Below are positions 1 to 8,132 of a stretch of 64,000 bases of DNA, in pieces. The number at the start of each line of letters is the position of its first letter. Position 1 is the stretch's first letter. Under the pieces are notes generated by a model, which did no database searches, was not told where the DNA came from, and saw only the letters and a list, made by a program, of their open reading frames with translations. A program made the position numbers and the translations under genes. Source of the DNA: a virus; IMG/VR virus record IMGVR_UViG_3300046007_012472, positions 12,437 through 76,436 of that record. The stretch is one strand, 5' to 3'.

Positions 1-408
1 TAAACAAGTATAGTTAGCGTCCGGATCTCCAATAAATTGTGCCGGACTACCAACACAAAAAGGACAAATTCTTTCTCCATTATCATTAAAACAATTAGAA
101 CCACATGCTTCAGGTGGATTTTCTGGATTACAGCAAAAATAATTTCCAGGACAGCATTCCGGGCCTTCTGGAGCAGGCCAATATGGTCTTTCGTATTCAA
201 ATATCAAAGCTTCGTTTTTTGACGGACAACAACCATCACTTTGAGTTACAATATGTCCCTGCATGCATCCTTTACATTCAAGTTTATCACATTGACAACA
301 TTTACATTTTGTTAAATCTAAAGTGGGGTCTGCTTGTAATTGTCGAGCCCCTTTTCTAAACATCTTATCAAATATTCTATTAGGCTGTTGATTATAAAAA
401 TTTCTCAT
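1..408 (-). CDS. Cys-rich hypothetical protein, 5' part only (runs off window start)
   Basis: Not in ORF track. Hand-translated from ATG at 408, open to base 1: MRNFYNQQ...TKCKCCQCDKLECKGC...GCCPS...ECCPGNYFCCNP...; 17 Cys in 136 codons. Confidence 0.75.
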   Translation of the reverse strand, partial: MRNFYNQQPNRIFDKMFRKGARQLQADPTLDLTKCKCCQCDKLECKGCMQGHIVTQSDGCCPSKNEALIFEYERPYWPAPEGPECCPGNYFCCNPENPPEACGSNCFNDNGERICPFCVGSPAQFIGDPDANYTCL

Positions 409-445
409 GATTCATCCTATAGGTTTGAACTTAATATGTATGTCC

Positions 446-473
446 TTGACATCTAGTTTTTTTGTGGTATACT
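446..473 (+). promoter_or_regulatory. sigma70-type promoter for tRNA cluster
   Basis: TTGACA-N16-TATACT with TG extended -10, 13 nt before tRNA-Arg. Confidence 0.75.
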
Positions 474-486
474 TGTGGTAGATCAT

Positions 487-560
487 ATTCCCGTAGCTCA
501 ATCGGATAGAGCAACGGTTTTCTAAACCGTTGGTTACAGGTTCGAGTCCTGTCGGGAATG
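487..560 (+). tRNA. trnR: tRNA-Arg(TCT)
   Basis: Acceptor ATTCCCG/CGGGAAT, anticodon arm ACGGT-TTTCTAA-ACCGT, T-loop TTCGAGT; no CCA. Confidence 0.93.
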
Positions 561-563
561 TTC

Positions 564-636
564 GCGGGCGTAACTCAGTTGGTAGAGTGATAGCCTTCCA
601 AGCTATATGTCGAGGGTTCAAATCCCTTCGCCCGCT
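564..636 (+). tRNA. trnG: tRNA-Gly(TCC)
   Basis: Acceptor GCGGGCG/CGCCCGC, anticodon arm ATAGC-CTTCCAA-GCTAT, T-loop TTCAAAT. Confidence 0.95.
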
Positions 637-696
637 TTCCTAAATACTGTGTCGGAGATTGAAATGAAAATTAAACTTTTACCATGGAGGTACAAA

Positions 697-951
697 ATGC
701 TTGGACTTGGTTTTAGAACTACATCGTATGCGTTTGCGGCTGCTGCTGGTTTTCTCGTTCTTGCTGGACAGGAATATCACAAGTTTGCTTTTGCAAGTCT
801 TGTGTGTGCATTGATTCTTGCTTATTTGAAGATCAGTGAAGAATTTGCTGATCGTCGTAACGACTGGAACAATCGTCGCGTAGATGATCTTGATGATATG
901 ATGCATCGTCATATTTCAGAACTTCAAGAGAAGAAGGCTGATCGCCAGTGA
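697..951 (+). CDS. small membrane protein with two predicted TM helices, inside the tRNA cluster
   Basis: GGAGG SD before ATG 697; hydrophobic stretches YAFAAAAGFLVLAG and FAFASLVCALILAYL; charged C-terminus; CTAAATA late-promoter-like site at 640-646. Confidence 0.7.
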   Translation: MLGLGFRTTSYAFAAAAGFLVLAGQEYHKFAFASLVCALILAYLKISEEFADRRNDWNNRRVDDLDDMMHRHISELQEKKADRQ

Positions 952-957
952 TTCAAA

Positions 958-973
958 GCCGGGGAAACCCGGC
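958..973 (+). other. GC-rich GAAA-tetraloop hairpin just before tRNA-Glu
   Basis: GCCGGG-GAAA-CCCGGC with no U-tract; processing or stabilising stem more likely than terminator. Confidence 0.5.
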
Positions 974-976
974 AAC

Positions 977-1050
977 GCTCCCATAGATTAACCGGCTAAA
1001 TCCCCGCCCTTTCAAGGCGGTGACTCGGGGTTCGAGCCCCCGTGGGAGTA
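977..1050 (+). tRNA. trnE: tRNA-Glu(TTC)
   Basis: Acceptor GCTCCCA/TGGGAGT, anticodon arm CCGCC-CTTTCAA-GGCGG, T arm CGGGG-TTCGAGC-CCCCG. Confidence 0.92.
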
Positions 1051-1054
1051 TTTT

Positions 1055-1127
1055 TCCTTCATAGCTCAGCAGGCAGAGCGTCGAGCTGTTAACTCGAATG
1101 TCGTTGGTTCGAGCCCAACTGAAGGAG
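1055..1127 (+). tRNA. trnN: tRNA-Asn(GTT)
   Basis: Acceptor TCCTTCA/TGAAGGA, anticodon arm TCGAG-CTGTTAA-CTCGA, T arm GTTGG-TTCGAGC-CCAAC. Confidence 0.94.
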
Positions 1128-1135
1128 CTAAAAAA

Positions 1136-1143
1136 TATAAATA
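1136..1143 (+). promoter_or_regulatory. T4-type late promoter
   Basis: Exact TATAAATA. Confidence 0.6.
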
Positions 1144-1169
1144 ATTATGCCGCTTAGGACCGTCAGGGT

Positions 1170-1203
1170 GCGAGACTCCTCATTCCGGGGAGTCTCGCCT
1201 TTT
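1170..1203 (+). terminator. intrinsic terminator
   Basis: 12-bp stem GCGAGACTCCTC/GGGGAGTCTCGC, loop ATTCC, then CTTTT; between convergent units. Confidence 0.75.
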
Positions 1204-2218
1204 AGAGATTTATTGAATTCCCTGAGCCAAAATATCCCAATCCAGCAAGAGAAGAATAAGGATTTGTTACCGCTGAAGGACCAACAAATCGTGTGGTTCT
1301 AGGAATTTCTATTGATGATGGTAATTTATCACATGATGTGTTCTCAAACCATCTCATAGAAGAATTATCAAATAATGTCATTCTAACTTGACATTGACCA
1401 AAGGTTTGATTTTCATAACACGCAACTTTATTGTTATTTTGGTATATGCCACAAGCACCAATAACAGCCGGTCCTGTTGCTGTTGTTATTGAATCAGTTC
1501 CTTTTCTTTCTTGCAATAATTCTACTCCAACCCTAAGTCCAAATGTTGCTTCTTGAGTGACTGGTTCTTCTACCGAAAGGTATTCACTTCCATCTTTGTT
1601 TGTGAAAACATCATTTACCGTATAAGTTTTATTGTTTAATTGTGTTCCAGTTATTTTTATTTTATCTTTTGGATAAATTCCAAATTTAGTGAAAGATGAA
1701 GTTTTGTCTTTAGCCAATGCATTGATAATGATGTATTCTGGTTCGTCCTTTTGTGGAGAAAGAGACAACCCAAACTGTGGCGGATTTGTGAAATAATTTG
1801 ATTCATATCTGAGAATTCTTTTGTTCAGATTGTTGATTGTTACTGGGGAAGCAATAATAACATTTCCGACAAAATCCTCAAATTCATATGTTCCCCCCAA
1901 ATTCGCATTTGATTCGGAACCATCCAAAGAATAAATTGCAGTGTTAATCGTGAATGTAAATCCAGCGGTTAAACCTGAAAAAAGTCCGTTTAACAATGAA
2001 ATATCGGTATTATTCTGTGAATTCGAATAATCGATCAATACTTTTGTATAATCGGAAGAAAAAGAAAATGCAGGTATTGTGGAAAGATACTTATTCGTGT
2101 TCAATTCTTGAGTCAAATTTATAGTAAAATCCAATCCCAAAAAAATACCCACTCTTGTCGCCACGATGTTTGGCGATGATGTTGAATTTTGAAGATAATA
2201 TTTTTGAGTATAAAACAT
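1202..2218 (-). CDS. hypothetical protein, probably virion structural
   Basis: 338-aa ORF, beta-rich, C-terminal Cys cluster (GACG...ACYENQTFGQC...TSC); start abuts stop of upstream gene. Confidence 0.7.
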   Translation of the reverse strand: MFYTQKYYLQNSTSSPNIVATRVGIFLGLDFTINLTQELNTNKYLSTIPAFSFSSDYTKVLIDYSNSQNNTDISLLNGLFSGLTAGFTFTINTAIYSLDGSESNANLGGTYEFEDFVGNVIIASPVTINNLNKRILRYESNYFTNPPQFGLSLSPQKDEPEYIIINALAKDKTSSFTKFGIYPKDKIKITGTQLNNKTYTVNDVFTNKDGSEYLSVEEPVTQEATFGLRVGVELLQERKGTDSITTATGPAVIGACGIYQNNNKVACYENQTFGQCQVRMTLFDNSSMRWFENTSCDKLPSSIEIPRTTRFVGPSAVTNPYSSLAGLGYFGSGNSINL

Positions 2219-3657
2219 TAAACAAGAGTTATATTTAATATTGCTGCTGATGTTGTTGTCAATGTGGTAGTTATAAATGCTCTATCAAATAGCGTGGGCA
2301 ATAAAGCTGATGTTCCCGGTTCCAGAACATAACAACCGTGTAAGAGTGCGGTCACATCTGCCGAAGCTGATGATATCCTGACATCAATTGTATCGCTTGT
2401 TGTTCCGGTTCTGCAACCAGTTCCTGATGTGACACAGGAAGAACCGAGAACATTTGATATATGACTTGTCGATGTCAGATAAATTATTTCAGTTGATTTG
2501 TTCTGATACAAATAACCATTTGTGGCAAGTGAAGTTGCCAAAACATCAGTCCCGTATAGATTTTGCTTTAGAAGATTGAATATTGTATATGTTGAGTTTG
2601 TTCCTGTTATTGAATATACAAATACTTTGGGATTTGATGTCAAATTTGTTGATGACTTTGTTTTGACCGTATTTGTTCCATCGCCTATATTTTTGATCTG
2701 TTGAAGTAAAGTATTCGCTCCAGTGGCTCCACCCAGAATATCATAGACATATCGAAGCCATGTCGCAACAGTATGATACTTGGATGTTCCTGTTTCGGGA
2801 GCAACAAAGACTTTTTCAAAACTGTTAAGTAAAGATTCGTCTTGACTTTCTTTTCCATAAATTATCAATGATTCTGGTGGAATTACATTTACGGGAGATT
2901 CATCATCAATCAACACTTCAGTATTTGCCGAGAGGGAAACTGTTCCTGATACCGGAATTGGTTCACCATTTGCGGTTCCTTGAATTCTCAACACAGTTCC
3001 TGTCACATTTTGTACAGAGACATTTGACGACACATTCACTGTTGCGCTTATTCCAGCACCGACAACATTTACATTCAATGCATCACCAGAAGCACCGATT
3101 GGTGTTCCACTTGGACCCATGATTCTTGCAAAAACATGGGTGGAACCTGCAGGACCATAAACTTGTATGCTATCTGTTAGGTTGCTTAGATTCCATGATT
3201 TACCAAGAGATCCGGTAACTTGAACTCTGTCTACATCCCAATTTAGTACCTTTCCTCCGGTAACAGTGACAGTTCCGGTAATTCCTACGCTTGATCCCAG
3301 AATAACACTTCCGGTGACGGCAACGGCAGGTGCCCCAGTGACACCATACACAAAGGTTCTTATGCCGCCGGTGACATGAACTGGAGAACCGGCAGTGTTA
3401 GCCACATTGAATGAGCCTAAGCCATATACAGAACCAGTAATAGTAACGGTTGAAAGGCTACCAGTCAATCCATACACTTGCACTGGCATTGGAGATGTAC
3501 TGGTAACTCTATTTACAGTTAGTTCATTTCCCCAAGCAACTTTCATCACTTGAGCATGGGCTGTAACTCCAGAGTTTGAAAAAATATCAGTTCCGATTAT
3601 TGCTTGGTTTCCGTCATCTACTGCTACTGGTAAATTATTATCGTTATCGACTGCCAT
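2218..3657 (-). CDS. V/T/G-rich putative virion or fibre protein
   Basis: GGAG SD before ATG 3657; repeated VxVTG/GxTG beta-strand motifs. Confidence 0.7.
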   Translation of the reverse strand: MAVDNDNNLPVAVDDGNQAIIGTDIFSNSGVTAHAQVMKVAWGNELTVNRVTSTSPMPVQVYGLTGSLSTVTITGSVYGLGSFNVANTAGSPVHVTGGIRTFVYGVTGAPAVAVTGSVILGSSVGITGTVTVTGGKVLNWDVDRVQVTGSLGKSWNLSNLTDSIQVYGPAGSTHVFARIMGPSGTPIGASGDALNVNVVGAGISATVNVSSNVSVQNVTGTVLRIQGTANGEPIPVSGTVSLSANTEVLIDDESPVNVIPPESLIIYGKESQDESLLNSFEKVFVAPETGTSKYHTVATWLRYVYDILGGATGANTLLQQIKNIGDGTNTVKTKSSTNLTSNPKVFVYSITGTNSTYTIFNLLKQNLYGTDVLATSLATNGYLYQNKSTEIIYLTSTSHISNVLGSSCVTSGTGCRTGTTSDTIDVRISSASADVTALLHGCYVLEPGTSALLPTLFDRAFITTTLTTTSAAILNITLV

Positions 3658-3708
3658 TAGTTTCTCCAAAAAAATTGGGAATCATACCTATATATTCCAG
3701 TAAGTTTA

Positions 3709-3717
3709 TGGTATAAT
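3709..3717 (+). promoter_or_regulatory. extended -10 promoter for gp33 (probably leaderless)
   Basis: TGGTATAAT 7 nt before ATG 3725; no SD. Confidence 0.5.
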
Positions 3718-3724
3718 GATGGCT

Positions 3725-3946
3725 ATGATATTAGACTTAAAGAACAAATTTTCTCGTAGCGTAGAGCTTTATGTCGAAAAATGGAATGTGTCCTATATGG
3801 ACGCAGTAATAACATTATGCGAACAGTATAATGTCGAACCAGAAGCGGTAGTAAAGCATCTTTCGAAGCCAATATTGGAAAAAATAAAAGTAGAAGGTCA
3901 AACTCTTAATTTCTTGCCAAAAACAAAAATTAAGTTGCCCTTTTGA
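3725..3946 (+). CDS. 33: late transcription coactivator gp33
   Basis: FSRSVE...SYMDAV...LSKPILEKIKVEGQTLNFLPK pattern of T4-like gp33; next to gp32. Confidence 0.85.
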   Translation: MILDLKNKFSRSVELYVEKWNVSYMDAVITLCEQYNVEPEAVVKHLSKPILEKIKVEGQTLNFLPKTKIKLPF

Positions 3947-3947
3947 C

Positions 3948-3975
3948 TTGCATTCCACTTCCAGTGTGGTACAAT
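3948..3975 (+). promoter_or_regulatory. sigma70-type promoter for gp32
   Basis: TTGCAT-N16-TACAAT with TG extended -10. Confidence 0.6.
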
Positions 3976-4020
3976 ACAACCAACAAAAGGCCCGGGTAGT
4001 TCCCGGGGAAAGGAACCATT

Positions 4021-4917
4021 ATGTCATTTAGCGATTTTAAGAAGCGTAGCAAGTCTAGCATCGACACCCTTGCCAAGAAGCTCCAAGAGGATCTTGGAAC
4101 CAAGAAGGATTACAAGGATGATCGTTTCTGGCGACCGGAACTGGACAAGACAGGTAGCGGATATGCAGTTATTCGCTTCCTGCCAGCCGGAAACAATGAG
4201 GACATTCCGTGGGCTAAAACCTACACCCATGCATTCAAGGGTAAGGGTGGTTGGTACATCGAGAATTGTCCTACGGCAATTGGTCAGAAGTGTCCGATCT
4301 GTGAGATGAACAACGAGCTTTGGAATTCTGGCATCGAGAGCGACAAGAACATCGCCCGCGACCGTAAGCGTAAGCTTTCGTACATTTCAAACATTGTTGT
4401 TATTTCAGATCCGGCAAATCCTCAGAACGACGGCAAAGTTTTCCTGTTCAAGTATGGAAAGAAGATCTTTGACAAGATCCAAGAGGCAATGGTTCCCGAT
4501 TTCAAGGATGAAAAGGCTGTAAATCCATTTGATCCTTGGGGGGGTTCTAACTTCCGTATGAAGATTCGTAATGTTGCTGGATATACTAATTACGACAAGT
4601 CCGAGTTTGATTCGGCATCTGCTCTCTTCGAAGGTGATGACAAAAAGCTTGAGGCTGTTTGGAACAAGCTTTATTCTCTCAAGGAGTTCACTGATCCCTC
4701 AAACTTCAAGGCTTATGAGGTTCTTTCCAAGAAGGCTAAGGATGTCATTGGAAGCGATATCCGCGAGACTTCGACGGATGACCGTACTGTGGAGGACGAG
4801 GAGCTTGAGCAGGCTCCACGGGCCTCTGGGGGCCCCAAGAAGAAGGCTGATAAGACTCCCGAGCCGGAGGAGGAGATGGATTCCATGTCTTACTTCGAGA
4901 AGTTGGCTAACGAATAA
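4021..4917 (+). CDS. 32: single-stranded DNA-binding protein gp32
   Basis: DDRFWRPELDK.G.GYAVIRFLP, HAF...WYIENCP...CPICE Zn site, FKYGKKIFDKI, acidic tail SYFEKLANE. Confidence 0.97.
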   Translation: MSFSDFKKRSKSSIDTLAKKLQEDLGTKKDYKDDRFWRPELDKTGSGYAVIRFLPAGNNEDIPWAKTYTHAFKGKGGWYIENCPTAIGQKCPICEMNNELWNSGIESDKNIARDRKRKLSYISNIVVISDPANPQNDGKVFLFKYGKKIFDKIQEAMVPDFKDEKAVNPFDPWGGSNFRMKIRNVAGYTNYDKSEFDSASALFEGDDKKLEAVWNKLYSLKEFTDPSNFKAYEVLSKKAKDVIGSDIRETSTDDRTVEDEELEQAPRASGGPKKKADKTPEPEEEMDSMSYFEKLANE

Positions 4918-6243
4918 TTAGCCAACAAATCCCTGTCTCCAAATAGGCAACATGACCGCCGCCATGATCGTTTGATCAATGGTGGCCATGTTGTTTATAA
5001 CGACAGAACTTCCACCACCATATGAAGATGATTTTCCAGAATTTGCTGCTTGGGACTGTACTTGCATGGGTGGCGGCTCTTTTAATTTTTCTTGGGTCGG
5101 CAATGATTTGAATGTGGAGATATAGATGTTATCTCTCATTTTTTCAATTGATCTGGAGTTTTCTTTGTTTTCATTCAATGGACTGGGTAACATCTGCAAC
5201 AAAGGATAATTTGGAGTTGATATGGGTTCAGAATTTGCTTTTAATTGACTGAAATTAGTAAAACTTTGTGGTTTTATCGTATCTGAAAATAAATTTGCAC
5301 TTGAAACTCTGGGAATATCCAGTTTGGGAGAAAATGATTGATTTAACTCTTCTGTTGAATTGTTTGATGTTGGTGATATATTAAATTGTGTTTGTTCTTT
5401 ATTGTTTGTTTTATTTTCAAAATTCTGGCGAAGATCCGAAAAATATTGATTTGTTTCTTGATTTTTTTGTGGATTCTTTATACTTAAAGAAGAATTGTAA
5501 TTTTCAACTTTATTTTGTTTTATATTTGGTATATTTGATTTTGGTGTTATTTCTCTTGTTATTTCATTATTTTTAGAGAAATCTGTTTTTGTTGAATCAT
5601 ATACTTTAGATAACTTAAAACTTAATTTTTCATCAGAGACATTATCTACGGTGGAATTTGGTTTAAGATTGCCTTGACTCGTCAATTCTTTTATGGAAGT
5701 ATTTGGTTTTGAATTGATCTGTGCCGTCGATTCCTTTATCGAAGTATTTGGTTTTGCGTTGATCTGGGTTGGCAATTCTTTTATGGAAGTATTTGGTTTT
5801 GAATTGACTGGACTAGTCAATTCTTTTATGGAAGTATTTGGTTTTGAATTGGTCTGAGTTGGCAATTCTTTGATCATCGATTCATTTGGTTTTGGAAATA
5901 TTGTGGATTTATTTGGTGTATTTTCATACGCATATTTTTTTGCGTATGAAAATTGTTTTGCTTCTCTGACTTTTTGTTTTACAATTTCATTTGGTTTTGG
6001 TGCAGTCAGATTTATTGGAGCAATAGGATTTTTCGTAAATTTCTCTGTTTCATTGTAATAATTTTTCCAAAATTCACTTATCATCTGAGAGTTTGAATTT
6101 CCATCTATTGCAGGCATTGCCTTTTTATCATTTTTATTGTTACTTTTTATGATATTTGGGTTTTTCCCCATTTTTGGGGGGAATTTAGACTTTGATGGTT
6201 TTATTTCCTTTGTAGTGAAGGAATATTGTATTTTTTCTGGCAT
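4918..6243 (-). CDS. low-complexity N/K/S/P protein in the tape-measure (gp29-like) position
   Basis: 441 aa directly after gp26/gp51-like genes; C-terminal GGGSSVVINN; internal 15-aa repeats. Confidence 0.55.
   Translation of the reverse strand: MPEKIQYSFTTKEIKPSKSKFPPKMGKNPNIIKSNNKNDKKAMPAIDGNSNSQMISEFWKNYYNETEKFTKNPIAPINLTAPKPNEIVKQKVREAKQFSYAKKYAYENTPNKSTIFPKPNESMIKELPTQTNSKPNTSIKELTSPVNSKPNTSIKELPTQINAKPNTSIKESTAQINSKPNTSIKELTSQGNLKPNSTVDNVSDEKLSFKLSKVYDSTKTDFSKNNEITREITPKSNIPNIKQNKVENYNSSLSIKNPQKNQETNQYFSDLRQNFENKTNNKEQTQFNISPTSNNSTEELNQSFSPKLDIPRVSSANLFSDTIKPQSFTNFSQLKANSEPISTPNYPLLQMLPSPLNENKENSRSIEKMRDNIYISTFKSLPTQEKLKEPPPMQVQSQAANSGKSSSYGGGSSVVINNMATIDQTIMAAVMLPIWRQGFVG
5656..5892 (-). 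repeat. ~5 copies of a 45-bp coding tandem repeat (KPNTSIKELxxxxNx)
   Basis: Unit core caattcttttatggaagtatttggttttg recurs at 45-nt spacing. Confidence 0.9.
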
Positions 6244-6246
6244 TTT

Positions 6247-6429
6247 TTATCTCTCATTCTTCTTTTTTTCTTCTTCCAAATGTTGCCTCAGTTGCACGAC
6301 ATATACTTCTCTTTCCCAAGGGATCATGCTTTCTATATCAGCCAACGACCAGTTGTAGATTTGAACCAATAAAAAGTTCAATTTGTAAAAATCACTAACA
6401 CTTATGTGGCTGAGGCAAATGCGAAAAAA
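6247..6429 (-). CDS. gp51-like baseplate hub assembly ORF with no initiating ATG; probable -1 frameshift extension of gp26
   Basis: Hand translation FFRICLSHISVSDFYKLNFLLVQIYNWSLADIESMIPWEREVYVVQLRQHLEEEKKKNER*; MIPWERExY is typical of these small ORFs. Confidence 0.75.
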   Translation of the reverse strand, partial: FFRICLSHISVSDFYKLNFLLVQIYNWSLADIESMIPWEREVYVVQLRQHLEEEKKKNER

Positions 6430-7112
6430 CTGTCTATTCCATATATTTCCAATTGTCTTTCCAGACCATCTTTAGTTTTGTATGTTATCGTTTTTCTGAG
6501 TCTTGGGGTGGTTTGAAGATAATCTAAAAATTTATTGAGCTGTAGTGATGTCATGTTATCATAAAAATCACTCAATTCCTCATCAGTCAATTCGTTCTTT
6601 TTTACACTGTTATCTTTTGTTTGCAATTCGGCAAAACAAAGTTTAAACTGCTTCTTTGCTTCATCATCTTCCTCTTCCTCACACAGATATTTGAGTGTTG
6701 GATATTTCATGACCAAAACCATATCATCCGATAGTTTTATTTTTATTTCCGAATTGTCTTGTTTCGGTAAATCAAAACTTTCAAGGTTTATTTTTGAGGT
6801 CACTGTTTCTTGTGTTTCTGGACAACGAATATAGAATGTTGCATTTTCACCTATAGACTTTGCTCTTACAGCAAGAAAAGCCCGCTCTGCGTCTGCTATC
6901 GGCAAATTTTCCGGGTTTGGAATGTCATAAAAGCAGTTTTTTATGATCGTGACCAATGCATATCCCATTTCCTTTATAGATCCTGTTTGTTGGGCAATAA
7001 GAAGAATTTTTTCTTCCCTGACTGTCATTGGTCTAAATTTGTGTTTTTTCTTTGTTATCGGCAAGAATACATCATAAGTCGGAAGAGCATTTTTCAATAA
7101 ATCAGAAATCAT
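6402..7112 (-). CDS. 26: baseplate hub subunit gp26-like
   Basis: LPTYDVFLP...FRPMTVREEKILLIA, RAKSIGE, MKYP, C-terminal GIDSFF. Confidence 0.85.
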   Translation of the reverse strand: MISDLLKNALPTYDVFLPITKKKHKFRPMTVREEKILLIAQQTGSIKEMGYALVTIIKNCFYDIPNPENLPIADAERAFLAVRAKSIGENATFYIRCPETQETVTSKINLESFDLPKQDNSEIKIKLSDDMVLVMKYPTLKYLCEEEEDDEAKKQFKLCFAELQTKDNSVKKNELTDEELSDFYDNMTSLQLNKFLDYLQTTPRLRKTITYKTKDGLERQLEIYGIDSFFAFASAT

Positions 7113-7133
7113 ATATTACCTTTCATTTTAAGT

Positions 7134-7697
7134 TTAATTTGAGTCATTTCCCATTGAAGATACCACAAACGACATTGTTAATGTTTGTGGATCTGGTTTT
7201 CCAGATTCGAATCTCAGGGGAAGAATTTTTTCTAGAAAACAATTGTTATAATTGTAAGTTCTAACAGGATCATCATTCACTCTGTTATACGCTGTAATTC
7301 GGATTCTAACCCCAGGAGCATTTCCTGTTCTTATGGCAGAAAAACTGCCTGCGTCAGCCGGAATCGTGCCGCCATAAAAAAACGAACCACCGTTATTCAT
7401 AAAAAAGAAAGCTCTTGTGTATTCATTGATAAATTTAAACAATTCACCATCAATTTTTTCCGGAACAAGTAGTTGAATAACAATACTTTCTCTGAATTTT
7501 ACGCCAATCGGCATTTTGAAAAACGGGTTCCCTTGCCAATAATTTATGTCCAAAAATTCATAACTTGGACCAGGCAAATCAACAGCAATTACATTTTCGT
7601 CGAACACATAATTTCCTATTGCAACGGTATATCTTGAGCTGTCTTGGACACCTTCTGTGGCTATAAAAGTTTTTAACATGTCTATGGATTGGCTCAT
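7134..7697 (-). CDS. tail-tube initiator gp54/gp19-like
   Basis: SRYTV...VDLPG...YNYNNCFLEKILPL; between gp4 and gp26; ATGA overlap with gp4 stop. Confidence 0.6.
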   Translation of the reverse strand: MSQSIDMLKTFIATEGVQDSSRYTVAIGNYVFDENVIAVDLPGPSYEFLDINYWQGNPFFKMPIGVKFRESIVIQLLVPEKIDGELFKFINEYTRAFFFMNNGGSFFYGGTIPADAGSFSAIRTGNAPGVRIRITAYNRVNDDPVRTYNYNNCFLEKILPLRFESGKPDPQTLTMSFVVSSMGNDSN

Positions 7698-8122
7698 TTT
7701 ATGTGTAGATCCTCTTCCGTGAGAATTTTGAATTGCCACCCATTTTTATCGCATAATATTCTTGCGGATTCCCACTTAGAATTATTTATCAAATAAGTAG
7801 CCATCTCAGAAACAAAGCTTTTCTTTTTTTTGTTTTCTGGGGGTTTAGTTTGTTTTTTTGGTTTTATCTCCACAACATAAGTCTTTATTTCACCGTTTTC
7901 ATTGGCTTCAAAAAGAAAATCGGGGTAATACATACAGGGTTTCTTTTTTACGGGGCAATAATATGGAACCCTCAACTCTTCGCTGCACCATCTTATAATT
8001 GAGTCGTTTTCGTCCAGGTATTTGCAAAATTTTCTTTCCCATAATGATCTGCATATTATCTTTAGGTAATCGCCTACATATTTTGATGGATTTTTTGGTA
8101 AAAAAGAAGTTTTGTAGGGCAT
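7694..8122 (-). CDS. 4: head completion nuclease gp4 (TnsA-like)
   Basis: PKNPSKYVGD, RSLWERKFC, WCSEEL, YYPDF, VEIKPKKQT, KW. Confidence 0.93.
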   Translation of the reverse strand: MPYKTSFLPKNPSKYVGDYLKIICRSLWERKFCKYLDENDSIIRWCSEELRVPYYCPVKKKPCMYYPDFLFEANENGEIKTYVVEIKPKKQTKPPENKKKKSFVSEMATYLINNSKWESARILCDKNGWQFKILTEEDLHIK

Positions 8123-8132
8123 AGGAGTTAAA

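Noticed and set aside
37-359. Plus-strand ORFs 37-222 and 105-359
   Set aside because: Antisense shadows of the longer Cys-rich minus-strand ORF
412-696. ORF 412-621 and the 607-696 extension of the membrane-protein ORF
   Set aside because: They overlap well-formed tRNA genes; the SD supports ATG 697
5656-5892. 45-bp repeats as a CRISPR array
   Set aside because: Tandem in-frame coding repeats with no unique spacers and no cas genes
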